The notes: a model not told the origin generated them from the letters alone. Shown: positions 1-49,455, counted from the first letter of the stretch. The stretch: DNA of 64,000 nucleotides from Eledone cirrhosa (GCA_964016885.1 OZ024761.1:18042001-18106000), one strand, 5' to 3'. Numbers and translations are program-made.

Positions 1-194
1 AGCTTATACCGCAGAGCAAAGAATACCTGTAATATATAGATGTAGTGCTTCACCGTCGTGAACTCTCAAGATCATGAAGATGTACACCAGGATGGCAAGA
101 CTTGGAGAGAAGACGAGCTGTGCCAGGTTTAAGGTGCTCGGGACACGCCGTATGTCAAGACGGGTCTGGAATTACAGGACCATATATATATATT

Positions 195-420
195 TGGCAC
201 TCTGTCAGTTACGATGACGAAACATCGAGTTGATACGATCAACAAAATTGCCTGCACATGAAATTAATGTGCAAGTGGCTAAGCATTCCAGCAGAGATGC
301 GTACCATTGACATAGTTTTCAGGGAGATTCAGCGTGACACAGAATTTGACACGGCTGGCAATTCGATTGAAGGTACAACTCATTTTTGCCAGCTAGATGG
401 ACTGGAGCAAAGGTAGATCA
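195..420 (-). mobile_element. SINE-like interspersed repeat fragment
   Basis: Ends in a CORE-like tggactggagcaa segment related to the other SINEs here; family assignment by recollection. Confidence 0.45.
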
Positions 421-839
421 ACCCACCAGAGTACTCGATACTTGGGGTAGTAGAGTGGGTGATATGAAAAAATTCAGGACCCCGACGCCTGAGCTCCGGC
501 TGTTTCAGAAGTTCAGTCGTCGGGGTCCTCCTGCTATTTCAAGCGTTAACCTAATATATTCCTTCCATATACTCTACCGATTGTGTTGTTATTTCTGTTT
601 ACTTTTACATACATATATATCTAAACTATAATAAAGTAAGGAGCGCGGGACTGCGTACGGTTTATAATTTTTGTTATCCCATTAGTAAAATAAGTTGGAT
701 TACTTTGAATAAATAATGAATGAATATTACATAATTTATCTACTAAATTTCGTGGCTGTTCATTAAATATATTTTATTACTTATTTAAAGATTCACCTCT
801 TTAAAATGTACAAATGCAACACTTCCGGTTAGCGGTCGC

Positions 840-1180
840 TTAACCCTTTAATGTCCAAACCGGCCAGAATTCTCTACTTTTTTTTCTGCTGAAACTGGCT
901 GTAACTGGTCACTCAAACTGATGTTAAGGTATTGTTCTCAAAATAAATACTTTCAAAATCTAATAGATTCGATATTTTGTGAGATAAATCATTTACCATG
1001 AAAATATAATAGTATATATAGAGTAACGTATAATTGTTTCTACTTTTGGCACAAGGCCAGCAATTATTTCAGTGTATTACTGGTACTTTATTTTATCGAC
1101 CTCATAAGGATGAAAGGCAAAGTTAACCTCGGCGGGATTTGAACTCAGAGTAATGTATAATGTGAATGCTAAAGGGTTAA
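840..1180. mobile_element. piggyBac-like MITE (TTAA-CCCTTTAGCATT termini) with a SINE fragment inserted
   Basis: ttaaccctttaa...aatgctaaagggttaa; related copies at 13721-13949, 24099-24812, 28063-28265. Confidence 0.65.
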
Positions 1181-1399
1181 ATATATATTCATATATTTCT
1201 ATCACTAATTTTCTCCTAATGCAGTTTATATATAATATCGTCTTTTTTTCATGTATCATGGATTACGTTACTGATTACATAAGACATTGTAACACAGTCT
1301 TCGTTCAATTTTTGTATATTGTCAATTATGATTTTATTTGATGTATCATATCTACATGTATATATACTTGCGTATAATATCAATATATACACTACACAT

Positions 1400-1741
1400 G
1401 CCAGCAGAAAACCACCCGAAAGGTGCGTTTTTCTGCTAGTTTATATAAAAAAAATCGTTTAAAAAAAAAAATGAAAACAATCGCTCTGATTGGCTGTAAT
1501 GGTTGGCATGGCACTGGCCAAACAGTATAATCAAACGACGTGTGTGTCAAGACAGGGGTGGGAATTTAAATTTAAATCTGCCTCTCCTACCCCTGACAGG
1601 TATTTAGGTAATCAATGACCCTCACCCACCTCCGTTTTATAGGAATTCAATTGCTGCCCTTCTGGCCAGACACCTAAGAGGTTTGTTGCATTACTTGTTT
1701 CGTATATTGTTCAACAGGTGGTCGTTTGACTAAATTACAAG
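1400..1741 (+). promoter_or_regulatory. Putative SANBR promoter and non-coding first exon
   Basis: Non-repetitive island with reverse CCAAT (ctgattggct, about 1486-1495) and a donor-like AAG|gtaaat at 1741/1742; location inferred only. Confidence 0.35.
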
Positions 1742-1997
1742 GTAAATATTGAGTCTGTAGTGACAGGTATCATCATTGTCATCATCATCATCATCGTCGT
1801 CGTCATCATCATCATCATCGCTTAACGTCCATTTTTTTCCCACGCTAGCATGGGTTAAACGAGTTGTCCCATTGTGAGATAAATCAGCTCAGGTGATCGT
1901 GTTTTTGCTCATACAAGTACATATATGTGTGTGTGTATGTGTGCTTTATACATGTATGTATGAATGTATGTATATGTATGTGTATCTCTATCTATCT

Positions 1998-2196
1998 AGG
2001 GCGGGTAAAATTCCCGAGATCCATGGACGAGTTCTCTCCAGCGGTCTCTGTCCCTCATTATCGCTGCCATGTCCTGCGTCTCCAACAGACCAGTGTCTGG
2101 TCCTTAGGGCATCAACATACGTTAACCTTGGTCTTCCTCTTCCAGTGTGTCCATGTAGGGGCTCCCACGGGAGCACTGAGTGCAATGTCAACTCTG
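1998..2196 (-). mobile_element. RTE-like LINE 3' fragment
   Basis: LLWEPLHGHTGRGRPRLTYVDALR; near-identical copies at 44477-44730 and 54272-54450. Confidence 0.75.
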
Positions 2197-2818
2197 TATG
2201 TGTATGTATGTATATGTATATATGTATGTGTATATATGTGCATATATGTATGTATATATGAATGTATGTATGTATATTATATATGAATGTATGTATCATC
2301 ATCATCATCATCATCATTTTACGTCCGTTCTTCCACGCTAGCATGGGTTAGACGGGTTGTCCTGTTGTGGGCAGTGTCTGGTCGGCTGACCATGCCTTGC
2401 TCATACAGGAACTGATTCTGGCTTGATTTCTACAGCTGGATGCCCTTCCTAACACCAACCTCATTTACAGTGAGTGCTGGGTGCTTTTTCGTGGCGCCTA
2501 CACGTCCACTTTACAGTGTGGGCTGGGTGCTTTTTTGCCGTGGCACCTCCACGACCACCTTGCGGTGGGAGGTGTGGGGGCATATTGTCTATATGCTTCA
2601 GCTTGTACCCATGGGAGGTCGGGTACTCTGTATTACTGTGTGACGCCAGAGGTCACGGTCTGAATGTATGTATGTATATTATATATGAATGTATGTATGT
2701 ATATATATTTCTTCAGTTTTTAACAACACCCCCTCCCACCTATTTATCTCTTCTACTTCTTCCTCTTCCAGCAAATCTCAGATGTCCAAGAAGTGATCAT
2801 TGGAAGAAAGAAGCAGAT

Positions 2819-27689
<24,871 letters not shown>

Positions 27690-28623
27690 ACCAATGATCA
27701 GTAATCAACAGAAGGCTAGTTTACCACCTGAAGTAGCTAATCATATAATAATGAGCATAGTGCTCCTGTCATTTTTTGGGGAGGTGCAGGGGTTCATGAC
27801 AACTTTATTCATTATTGTATTGTACATATTTTATTATGTTTTGTGTAATTAAAATAAACGAGTAAGGTATACAATATTTTTGGAAAATTTAAGAATTTTT
27901 GACAAAACCATTTCCAACAATTCTTTTTTGGGGGGGTTGCAGCTGCACCCCCAGCGTGCATGTGATTGATTAACTATTTAATATGGATCAATTAATTCTA
28001 TGAATAAAAATATATGTCCAGCCTTGTTCTCAAGGAATGTTGGCCAAGGGAGAGAGACAAATTTAAGCCGTTAGCATTTACATTACTCTATATTTATTTA
28101 TTGTATTTTCACGGTAAAGGCGTTACCTCACATAGTATTGAAGCTATGAGATTTTGATATTTATTTTGAGAACAATACCTTAACATAAGTATAAGCAGTC
28201 GGTTTGAACAGAAAGTGGTGAGAAAATTCTGGCTGGATACGGCCGGTTTAAATGCTAAAGGGTTAATGAAAACCAAAGAGCCATTGACTATATTTAACCT
28301 ACTTATGTCAAAAAGTCAACGTAGAGGGATTTCTTATATATATTGTAGTATAAGTTAGCTACAAATATCCAAGGGTAAGAACACTCAATCCATAGGATGA
28401 GTTAAGTATAATTAGTTACAACAGTGACATATACAGGTACTTAAGTTTTGTTGGGTTATACATCCCAACTCATTCAGGCTATTATATAAAAAGAAAATAT
28501 GTCAACTGTTGTAACTATTTATATATATAATGTTTCATTTGTAATAAATCATATATATATATGTGTGTGTGTGTGTGTGTATACACACACACACACATAT
28601 ATTTATTAAAATAACAGATTAAT

Positions 28624-28672
28624 GTTTAAGCAAAGAATCTCTGCTTTCACCCTTAACGGGATCTTCTGAAAC
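28624..28672 (-). ncRNA. Hammerhead-like fold with CAGAAGA core
   Basis: Minus strand: GTTT CAGAAGA T CCC GTTAA GGG T GAA AGCAGAG-ATT-CTTTGCT T^ AAAC. Confidence 0.55.
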
Positions 28673-29231
28673 GGGATCTTCGAGCCCTCTTTGGATTTTA
28701 GTCTTCACATTTATTATTATTTCTATACATATATATAATAATTTTACATCTATTTCCTATGCTTGCATGGGTTATATATACTATACTGGATGGCAACTCA
28801 GAATGTAAAAATACTACCTGTAACATCAGCTGAAGACTGGGTCTTTGGATAGGATTATGGCCATAATAAACAAGACAATGTAGAAATAACAGAAGAGGGC
28901 TCAGCTGTGAAACTTTAATAAGATTTTCATTGTGATGATAATAACAATAATAATAATGATGTCAAAAGTAAACTTTTACCACCACCACCAAATAATTACA
29001 ATAATAATAGTAGTAGTAGTAATAATGCTTTCTTTATTAACCACAAGGGTTTAAACAAAGTAGTAGTACTAATAATAGTAATGTTTTCTTTATAAATTTC
29101 CCATATTAAGTTAAGATAATTACATAATAATATTCTCTGGTTTGGGTAAATGAAGTATGTGTAGGCATTCATATGTATATATATGAAAGTATGTGTAGTC
29201 ATAAATACACATGCACACGCACACACACGTA

Positions 29232-29292
<61 letters not shown>

Positions 29293-29970
29293 AAGCATAC
29301 ATACAGACACACACACACACATATATATACATACATGTCGTGTGTTTAACCTTTAGTATGTGTAAACATACATAGACATGTATATATACATGTGCTGTGT
29401 TTAATCTTTAGCACACTGAATTTGTTTATGAATTGCTTCCCTTGACACTGCATTGTGTATTAAGGGGAGGTTACTCTGTTGGCGACACAAAGCGCCTTCA
29501 GCACGTTAAAGATTAATGACAGTTAGTTATTGGTTGAGAGGTCATCAAAGAAAGCACAACAGCAGCAGCAGTTTTGCTCCAGGCTAAATAGGGACAAGAT
29601 AATTGCACCACATGAAAACAGTTACCACCACCACCATAACCACCATCATCTTCACCAACGCCATGACCTACATGGCCACAGTAAAACAGCAGTTCTGAAT
29701 GGTCAGAAGCTGCAATGCTTATTCTACTTTATAAAATATTTCATTTAAATCTTTTGTCAATGAAGACATCTGGAATGCTATTCAATTCAACTGGAGAGTG
29801 GGCAGTGACACTGCAGGGGTATGAACAGAAGGAGAAGTTAGTGGTGTGTAGAATATAGCAATATGAGACATTATATATGTGTGTATGGTGGTGGTAATAG
29901 CTGTAGTGGTGGTGGTGGGAGCAAGCTGGAGTCAAGATCTGTATCTCTGTGTGTGTGTGTTGAGTCATCT

Positions 29971-30006
29971 CTAGTCTTCTAATAAATCATCATCTAAATT
30001 AACATC
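29971..30006 (-). CDS. COPB2: COPB2 (coatomer beta')-like last coding exon
   Basis: Minus strand tttatttccag|DVNLDDDLLED*; resembles the remembered vertebrate beta'-COP terminus DINLDEDILDD. Confidence 0.78.
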   Translation of the reverse strand, partial: DVNLDDDLLED

Positions 30007-30454
30007 CTGGAAATAAAGAAAATATAGATTGGAATTTCATTATATATATACATATATATACATACATACATATATGTGTGAAAAGTAAATGGAAAAACAA
30101 CAGATGATGAAGTACAATGAAGATATATATTAGTTTCCTGCTTAATAGAGTAAGAAAGTCTATATCATCATCATCATCATCGTTTAATGTCCATCTTCCA
30201 CGCTTGCATGGGTTTGGATAGGAATTTTCCCACTTGAGGCAAGATTGGTTGTCTTGCTCGTATAGGACTGTCTGGCGGGTTTTCTACGGCTGGATGCCCT
30301 TCCTAACACCAACCACGTTTACAGTGTGGACTGGGAGGTTTTTACTGTGTTACCTACACGGCCACAGCGTGGACTGTGTTTTTTTTTTGTCCACGCAAAA
30401 ATATTTGTATATGTATCTGGATGTGCATGCATATATATAGATGAAGCTGGCAAA

Positions 30455-30537
<83 letters not shown>

Positions 30538-30555
30538 GGAGAGGGCACATGATTT

Positions 30556-30820
30556 GAATGGGGGACGGACACATCTCCAAGAAAATGTTTTATGGCAAAC
30601 GGTTAAATAGTAAGCCCAGGAGGAGATACAGAGAGTCTCTAAAAGCGAACTTAAAATGCCTTAAAATATCCTACAAAAATCTTGAATCATGTGCAGCAGA
30701 TAGAATGGCCTGGAGAAATGCCATTTGGAATGGAGTTAAAATATTTGAAATGGAGAGAGTAAAACATGCAGAACTGAAAAGAAAAGTGTGGAAGAATGAA
30801 ACCAACAGTAATAATAATTA
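30556..30820 (+). mobile_element. RTE-like LINE 3' ORF fragment
   Basis: KKMFYGK...PRRRYRESLKANLK...LESCAADRMAWRNAI..G...FE. Confidence 0.75.
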
Positions 30821-31437
30821 ATCTTATCCAGTGTTGATTTTCAAATGCCCTGTGTTCCTTTCAAATGAGCACATGATGGTAAAGTCCAAGTTGACTATTC
30901 AAACTTTGTTGCAAAGAAACAGTTCCAGTGCCGTGTTTGTCAGAAAATTTGCAAACCATGTGGTGGATGGAAGCAACATCTGAGCATACACAAGAAGCAA
31001 ACCCAAACTGGAAACGCGAACGAATTAAGACATCATTGTATAATTTGTGGATGACTCTTTCACAGGCTTTCAACACTCAAAAGCCATTTGAGATCTCATG
31101 TCAGGAAGGAACAGACATAAAGTGCAAGAAGCGGTGAAGCTTTGTATGGAGCAGATGACCTTCATATATATATATCAACTATAACATACTTTGTACGAAC
31201 TAATTTCTTTTCATTGTGTACTCTAAATTTGGATATATATTTATATAGAGAGATACAGTCCTATACGAGCAAGAGACGGTCACCTGATCAATTTTGCCTC
31301 AAGTGGGACAATTCCTGTCTAACCCATGCTAGCGTGGAAGATAGACGTTAAACGATGATGATGATGATGATGATGATGATAGAGAGAGATGTGTATGCTA
31401 GTGTGTATATATATTAGTATGTTTATAAGTAACTTAC

Positions 31438-31590
31438 CGAGGTGTCCACATTATCCAGGTTCAAATTCTCCAAGTCCAACTCTAATTCTTTCTCCAGGTC
31501 TGACACAGCTTGTTTTGACAAGTCCATAGCTTTCTCTGTTAGTAATGCCTCATCAGTTTTTGGGGTGACAGGATCTTCACTATGGGCCTC
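31438..31590 (-). CDS. COPB2: COPB2-like penultimate exon
   Basis: Minus strand gatgtag|EAHSEDPVTPKTDEALLTEKAMDLSKQAVSDLEKELELDLENLNLDNVDTS|gtaagt, 153 nt, phase 0-0; resembles LELEVDLDNLELEDIDTT. Confidence 0.8.
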
Positions 31591-32401
31591 CTACATCAGA
31601 TATGTACAGATTAATAATGGAGTGTATGTATATATATAAAATAAGCATGTGTGTATATATATATATATATATATACATGCACACACACAGCTATGTGTAA
31701 ATATACATACATGCATGTACAAATATATGTATATATTCTTGGATGCAAAAATATTTGTATATGTATCTGGATGTGCATGCATATATATATATATATATAT
31801 ATGAAGCTGGCAAATCTATATATAGAGTCTATTTCTCTACTCTTCTTTGAGAATTGATTTTATAGTTCTACATTATATATATATATATATATATACACAC
31901 AAACATATGTACATTCTCCAGGCAACAGGTTAAGGGAAGGCATGTAGAGGCAGACAAAGAAAATCCTGGTCTAACAACATCAACAACTAGACAGGATTCA
32001 ACATTATATATATATATATATATATATATATAATCATCAATTTTCCATGCTGGCATGGGTTGGACAAGACGTTTTTGAGGCAGAATTCTACGAATGGATG
32101 CCCTTCTTCATGCTATATATACATATATACATACTTACATAACTGCACACGCACAAATAACCTATTGTATTATGCAAACACATGCATATATAATCATCTG
32201 TCACTCTCACTATTTATCACTATATATATATATATATACACACACACGTACATACATATGTATATAAACACACACACACACGGTGAAATACACATCCGCG
32301 AATATAGTTTGCTAGTTTGTTGTGGAACTAACTATATCAAACTCATCCTTTGGACTGAGTGTTTTATTTCCTACGGATATAACCTCCCGGTTTTTTACCA
32401 T

Positions 32402-42885
<10,484 letters not shown>

Positions 42886-43085
42886 NNNNNNNNNNNNNNN
42901 NNNNNNNNNNNNNNNNNNNNNNNNNNNNNNNNNNNNNNNNNNNNNNNNNNNNNNNNNNNNNNNNNNNNNNNNNNNNNNNNNNNNNNNNNNNNNNNNNNNN
43001 NNNNNNNNNNNNNNNNNNNNNNNNNNNNNNNNNNNNNNNNNNNNNNNNNNNNNNNNNNNNNNNNNNNNNNNNNNNNNNNNNNNNN
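42886..43085. other. Assembly gap (200 N)
   Basis: Round-number N run, typical of a scaffolding placeholder. Confidence 0.99.
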
Positions 43086-43086
43086 A

Positions 43087-43280
43087 GGGCGGTGGATTGG
43101 CAGTATCGGTAGAGGGTTGGACGCCATGCTTTGACGCATAGAGTTACGGTCCTTGCCATTCTGAGTTCAAATCCCGCCGAGGTCAACTTTGCCTTTCATC
43201 CTTACGGGGTCGATAAAATAAAGTACCAGTAATGCACTGGGTAATTGCTGGCCTTGTGCCAAAAGTAGAAACAATTATTA
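43087..43280 (+). mobile_element. Full-length Nin/Deu-domain tRNA SINE (about 20 copies in the window)
   Basis: A-box-like tggcagtatcgg, B-box gagttcaaatcc, domain gcctttcatccttacggggtcgataaaataaagtaccag, (ATT)n tail; other copies at about 5842, 6041, 9822, 15922, 20035-20631, 27219, 44771, 54501, 56178-56467, 57991, 63515. Confidence 0.85.
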
Positions 43281-43935
43281 TTAAAGGACTTGAACATCTG
43301 AAACTACTTCGCTTTTACTTATTCTATATATATATATATAGATTCTTTTAGTAGAAAATGTTGAAGAGATTTTTTTCAGTGAGATATCACAACATTCATT
43401 TATTTACAATACCGGTTTCAGCATTTGAAAGAATCTTTCTCCTTTCTACTATTTGTTTATATATATATAACGGACGTAAAACGGTGATGATGATGATGAT
43501 ATATATACACACGTTAGGACATGGTTACTTTAACATAATTGCTTTATTTCATAATATATATTTCAACGACAGAGTTGCGCAATCGTTATATCATTGACAG
43601 TCTCCATGTGACATCATCAGATGCTCATATAACTACGAGGCGTAGTTATGTAAGTATGCAGATATGCCGCTGGTAATGTATTATCATTTTGGTGTGATGC
43701 GAGCGAACACATGAGATACTGAATCTCGATTCTTACTAATGCTTATTGGCAGATGTATCTGCCTTTTGATTGGGGTGATTTGTAGATACTGAGAAAAGTT
43801 CCTTAATGCTAGGGTTGACAAATTTATTACTTCAATTGTCTGCTCTGTCCAGGGGAGAGTTTTCTACTCTCAGTTGCTTCACGTCACAGAAACCGAGATG
43901 TGTATTGGCTTGGTGAGTCTCCGGACTCAAGACAG

Positions 43936-43968
<33 letters not shown>

Positions 43969-44294
43969 TATAGATAGGTAAATATACACGGGTGTGTATG
44001 ATTGTGTATAGAAGATTATATTAATAAGAGGAATTCCAACTTTGTCTGATTTACTCGTTTTATTTACAATCCTTTAAAATATATATAATGGTATTATAAT
44101 GAAATAGTATGATAGAATATTAAATTCTAAGTGTTAATTGAACAAGTACTTTCATGCTTTCGCAATCTTCAGGTTCATGATATGTGGTGACAGTCGAGTT
44201 TGCAATTTTCAACTGTGAAAATTTCAACTGTGAAAATTTCAACTGTGAAAATTTCACAGTTGAAAATTGCAAACTCGACTGTCACCACATATCA

Positions 44295-44333
44295 TGAACC
44301 TGAAGATTGCGAAAGCATGAAAGTACTTGTTCA
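44295..44333 (+). ncRNA. Type I minimal hammerhead motif (mirror copy on - at about 44139-44177)
   Basis: TGAAC CTGAAGA T TGC GAAA GCA T GAAA G-TA-CTT^ GTTCA; palindromic stem III AAGTACTT. Confidence 0.72.
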
Positions 44334-44886
44334 ATTAACACTTAGAATTTAATATTCTATCATACTATTTCATTATAATACCATTATATATATTTTAAAG
44401 GATTGTAAATAAAACGAGTAAATCAGACAAAGTTGGAATTCCTCTTATTAATATATATATATATATATATATATATAGGGCGGGTAAAATTCCCGAGATC
44501 CATGGACGAGTTCTCTCCAGCGGTCTCTGTCCCTCATCATCGCTGTCATGTCCTGCGTCTCCAAGAGACCAGTGTCTGTCCTTAGAGCATCAACACATGT
44601 CAACCTCGGTCTCCCTCTTCCAGTGTGTCCATGCAGGGGCTCCCACAGGAGCACTGAGTGCAGTGTCAACTCTGGATGTCGGTGAGGATGTCCAGCTAAC
44701 CTCAGTCTCCTCTGTGCTACTCTCGAGCTGAGAGAGAAAGAGAGAGGGAGAGAGAGTATCTTACATCAATAATTGTTTCTACGTTAGGCACAAGGCCAGC
44801 AATTACCCAGTGTATTACTGGTACTTTATTTTATCGACCCCGTAAGGATGAAAGGCAAAGTTAACCTCGGCGGGATTTGAACTCAG

Positions 44887-45440
44887 AATGGCAAGGGCCG
44901 TAACTCTATGCGTCAAAGCATGACGTCCGACCCTCTACCGATACTGCCAATCCACCATGGCAAGGGCCGTAACTCTATGCGTCAAAGCATGACGTCCGAC
45001 CCTCTACCGATACTGCCAATCCACCATGGCAAGAGCCGTAACTCTATGCGTCAAAGCATGACGTCCGACCCTCTACCGATACTGCCAATCCACCATGGCA
45101 AGGGCCGTAACTCTATGCGTCAAAGCATGACGTCCGACCCTCTACCGATACTGCCAATCCACCATGGCAAGGGCCGTAACTCTATGCGTCAAAGCATGAC
45201 GTCCGACCCTCTACCGATACTGCCAATCCACCATGGCAAGGGCCGTAACTCTATGCGTCAAAGCATGACGTCCGACCCTCTACCGATACTGCCAATCCAC
45301 CATGGCAAGGGCCGTAACTCTATGCGTCAAAGCATGACGTCCGACCCTCTACCGATACTGCCAATCCACCATGGCAAGGGCCGTAACTCTATGCGTCAAA
45401 GCATGACGTCCGACCCTCTACCGATACTGACAATCCACCG
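44887..45440. repeat. 69-bp tandem array (8 units) of the SINE 5' head
   Basis: atggcaagggccgtaactctatgcgtcaaagcatgacgtccgaccctctaccgatactgccaatccacc repeated. Confidence 0.95.
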
Positions 45441-45596
45441 CCCCAATAATGCAAAGAAGAAGGAGGCGAATTGGCAGAGTGGTTAGAACGTCGGATAGAA
45501 TTCTTTATGGTATTTGTTCCGGCTTTCTGCTCTCTGAGTTCAAATCCCACCGTGGTTAACTTTTCCTTTCATCCTTTCGAGGATGTTGATTCTTCC

Positions 45597-45947
45597 TCTA
45601 TATCAACTTCTCTCCTTCTTTGGATAACATCCGCTGTACTCTCAAACCTGGAGAGAAGATGGTTCTCCGCCAGGTTTTAAAATGACCCAGAAACGCCGTA
45701 CGTCAATATGGCGTCCCTATGACTCAGTCAGGAGTTACAAGACCATACATACAAACAATACTAACGGGTGCACTATATCAACTTCTCTCCTTCTTTGGAT
45801 AAAATCCGCTGTACTCTCAAACCTGGAGAGAAGATGGTTCTCCGCCAGGTTTTAAAATGACCCAGAAACGCCGTACGTCAATATGGCGTCCCTATGACTC
45901 AGTCAGGAGTTACAAGACCATACATACAAACAATACTAAGGGGTGCA
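45597..45947. repeat. About 175-bp direct duplication; diverged relative at about 100-183
   Basis: ctatatcaacttctctcc...caatactaa(c/g)gggtgca present twice. Confidence 0.85.
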
Positions 45948-46259
45948 GTCTTTGCTATGACTAAAATATAAGATGCCGCTACTATTTTTATCATGCCCTT
46001 TCTTTGGAATTTAAGTGTATTCTTATATCATGTGTTTTTCCTGTTAGCTATATATACTTTTTTTTATTGTTATTTTATTTTTGACACTATCATTTAGCGT
46101 CTCGTTTAGGATGCTGATACACACACACACACACAGATACACATACGCATATATATATATATGTGTGTGCGTGTGTGTGTGTGTTTATATACTTTTAAAT
46201 GTATATATATATATATATATATATTTAAAGTATATAAACACACAGTCCTTTGATAATGG

Positions 46260-46295
<36 letters not shown>

Positions 46296-46321
46296 CATAC
46301 ATACATACATACATACATACA

Positions 46322-46353
<32 letters not shown>

Positions 46354-46368
46354 CATACATACATACAT

Positions 46369-46401
<33 letters not shown>

Positions 46402-46499
46402 TAGATACATACATAGTTGACTTCCTTAAACTGACGTCATTGGTTAAAATATATATATACACACACACATGCTAACTGTACATATATATACAGTTAGCA

Positions 46500-46546
<47 letters not shown>

Positions 46547-46552
46547 TTAGCA

Positions 46553-46586
<34 letters not shown>

Positions 46587-46681
46587 CAGTTAGCATGTGT
46601 GTGTGTGTGTATATATATATATATTAACCAATGACGTCAGTTTAAGGAAGTCAACTATGTATGTATATGTATGTATGTATG

Positions 46682-46737
<56 letters not shown>

Positions 46738-46803
46738 CCATTATTAAAGGACTGTGTGTTTATATACTTTTAAATGTATATATAAATACATTTAAAAGTA
46801 TAT

Positions 46804-46897
<94 letters not shown>

Positions 46898-47068
46898 GAG
46901 AAAATTGTATGTTAACTCCTCCTTAAATTACGTTCACCAATCCTTCACCGAACTCAGAAATCAGAATAGGCTGGATTTCTCTTCATGCTCCAATTACACT
47001 ACAGTAATCTTAAACTGTTTAAAATTACCCTGCTTCATTGGACACGTACATATACATACATACATACA

Positions 47069-47104
<36 letters not shown>

Positions 47105-47686
47105 TATATACAAGTTAATATAAATTAATATATATGATAAACACAAATACCAACATATAAGTGTTTGTATTGTAAATGACCAAGTTAGCTAGATTGAAAA
47201 ATACTAATTATAATAATACAGTTTGCCTGTCTCGATTTAAAATAATAAATCAATAAAAACAAACCATATTGGCAAATGGCCGTGGTACTTGGACAAATTT
47301 AAATTTCAAATTCCAAACCTGTTCCGTAGATAAGTTTAAACTTCAAAATCCAAATAAGTTTCGATAAATGAAAAAGTGAACTTATCTACGGAACAGGTTT
47401 GCATTTTGAAATTTAAATTTGTCCAAGTACCACGGCCATTTGCCAATATGGTTTGTTTTTATTGATTTATTATTTTAAATCGAGACAGGCAAACTGTATT
47501 ATTATAATTAGTATTTTTCAATCTAGCTAACTTAGTCATTTACAATACAAACACTTATATGTTGGTATTTGTGTTTATCATATATATTAATTTATATTAA
47601 CTTGTATTACACGGCTCAGAAATACTTCTTTCTTTGAGCTATTTCATTGTAAAGGACTGTTTGAGTTTAGAACTCTTTATTCATAG

Positions 47687-47738
<52 letters not shown>

Positions 47739-47766
47739 CACACACACACATGCACACACATACACG

Positions 47767-47797
<31 letters not shown>

Positions 47798-47824
47798 ACA
47801 TACATATATAGATACATACATACA

Positions 47825-48422
47825 TGGTGGCTTCCAACTCGTTTTCGAGTACAGCCACTACTTTATATCCATGTAGGAGAACCCCTACCGATGCGCTGAA
47901 CGAGTGTGACTTTTTAGTCCAGCCAGCGACTTGAAAACTCTGGTACAAACACTACACTTGTGACATTTATTGACACATAGTGCTGGGCCCATGGTACCAT
48001 GTGACGACAAGTGCAGAGAGATCTCCAGATATAAAGCAATGCCTGTGCCGTGAAGCTTTTATAGTGAGCAAAGGCACTGCACAAAGTCAGTCCCACTCTC
48101 TTAACCAAGATGATATTTACCAAAAAAGAAGAACAAGTCAACATCATTGGATACCATCAGGGTTGCAGGTGTTATATCAGAGTTTTCCTTCTAGAATTCT
48201 GCCTTGACAAAGGCTAAGTGGGTCATCTCTCCCGGTGATTTTGGGTGGCCATTGACTCTTAAGAGCTCCTTTGCCCTTTGACAGGTTTTGTTTTTAGTCC
48301 TGCAGGATGTCACCCTCCTCACCAAGAAACCTTGGTGGGGTTGCCAGTTTAGTCGCCAACGACCCGACCATGAGACAGGTTGTACTGGGATACATGTTAC
48401 CAGTAACACCAACTGGTAACCT
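47825..48422. mobile_element. Young unclassified interspersed repeat in TA satellites
   Basis: Near-identical copies at 33227-33607 and 36379-36826 all start at atggtggct(g/t)ccaactcg and are variably truncated on the right. Confidence 0.75.
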
Positions 48423-48444
48423 GACATATATATATATACATATG

Positions 48445-48662
<218 letters not shown>

Positions 48663-49455
48663 CATACATACCTACATACTTATATATACATACATACCTA
48701 CATACTTACAGAGGGAACTTAACCCCCGTCGCCGCCATCCCCTTCCCCCCACCAGATCTTATCTATGTCTGATATCTCTCCTCCACCGTCACCTTCTCAT
48801 AAACGACACCTCCCACCACTACCATCACAAATATAAAACGAAATAGGTAACCAATCCCAGCAAAATAAGGTAACACTATTCAACGACATAATTTTAAAAT
48901 GCCGACAAATGCTTTTGAGTTTGCGTCCTGTTTTTCTACTGTGTACGGAATGTAACGAAGCAATACCACCCAGCCGTTACGTTTTATACAAACACAAACA
49001 CACATATATATATATACACACACATATATATATACACACATACACACACACATACATGCACATACACATACATACACACATATATATACACACACACACA
49101 CATACATACACACATACACACACACACATATACATATATATATATGTGTGTATATGTATATGTGTTTGTGTATGTGTGTGTATATATATATGTGTATATA
49201 TATATATATATAAACACACACACACACATACACCAACACACACATACATGCACATACACATACATACACACATATATACACACACACATACATACACACA
49301 TACACATACATACACACACGCATACACACACACAAACACACAAACACAAACATGCACATGCACATACACATACACACAGACATACAAACACAAATACACA
49401 TACACACACATATACACACACATACACTTACACACATATACACACACAAACACAC

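Noticed and set aside
43546-43623. Minus-strand CTGATGA...GAAA-TATAT-ATT hammerhead candidate
   Set aside because: Stem II base does not pair convincingly; at most a decayed copy.
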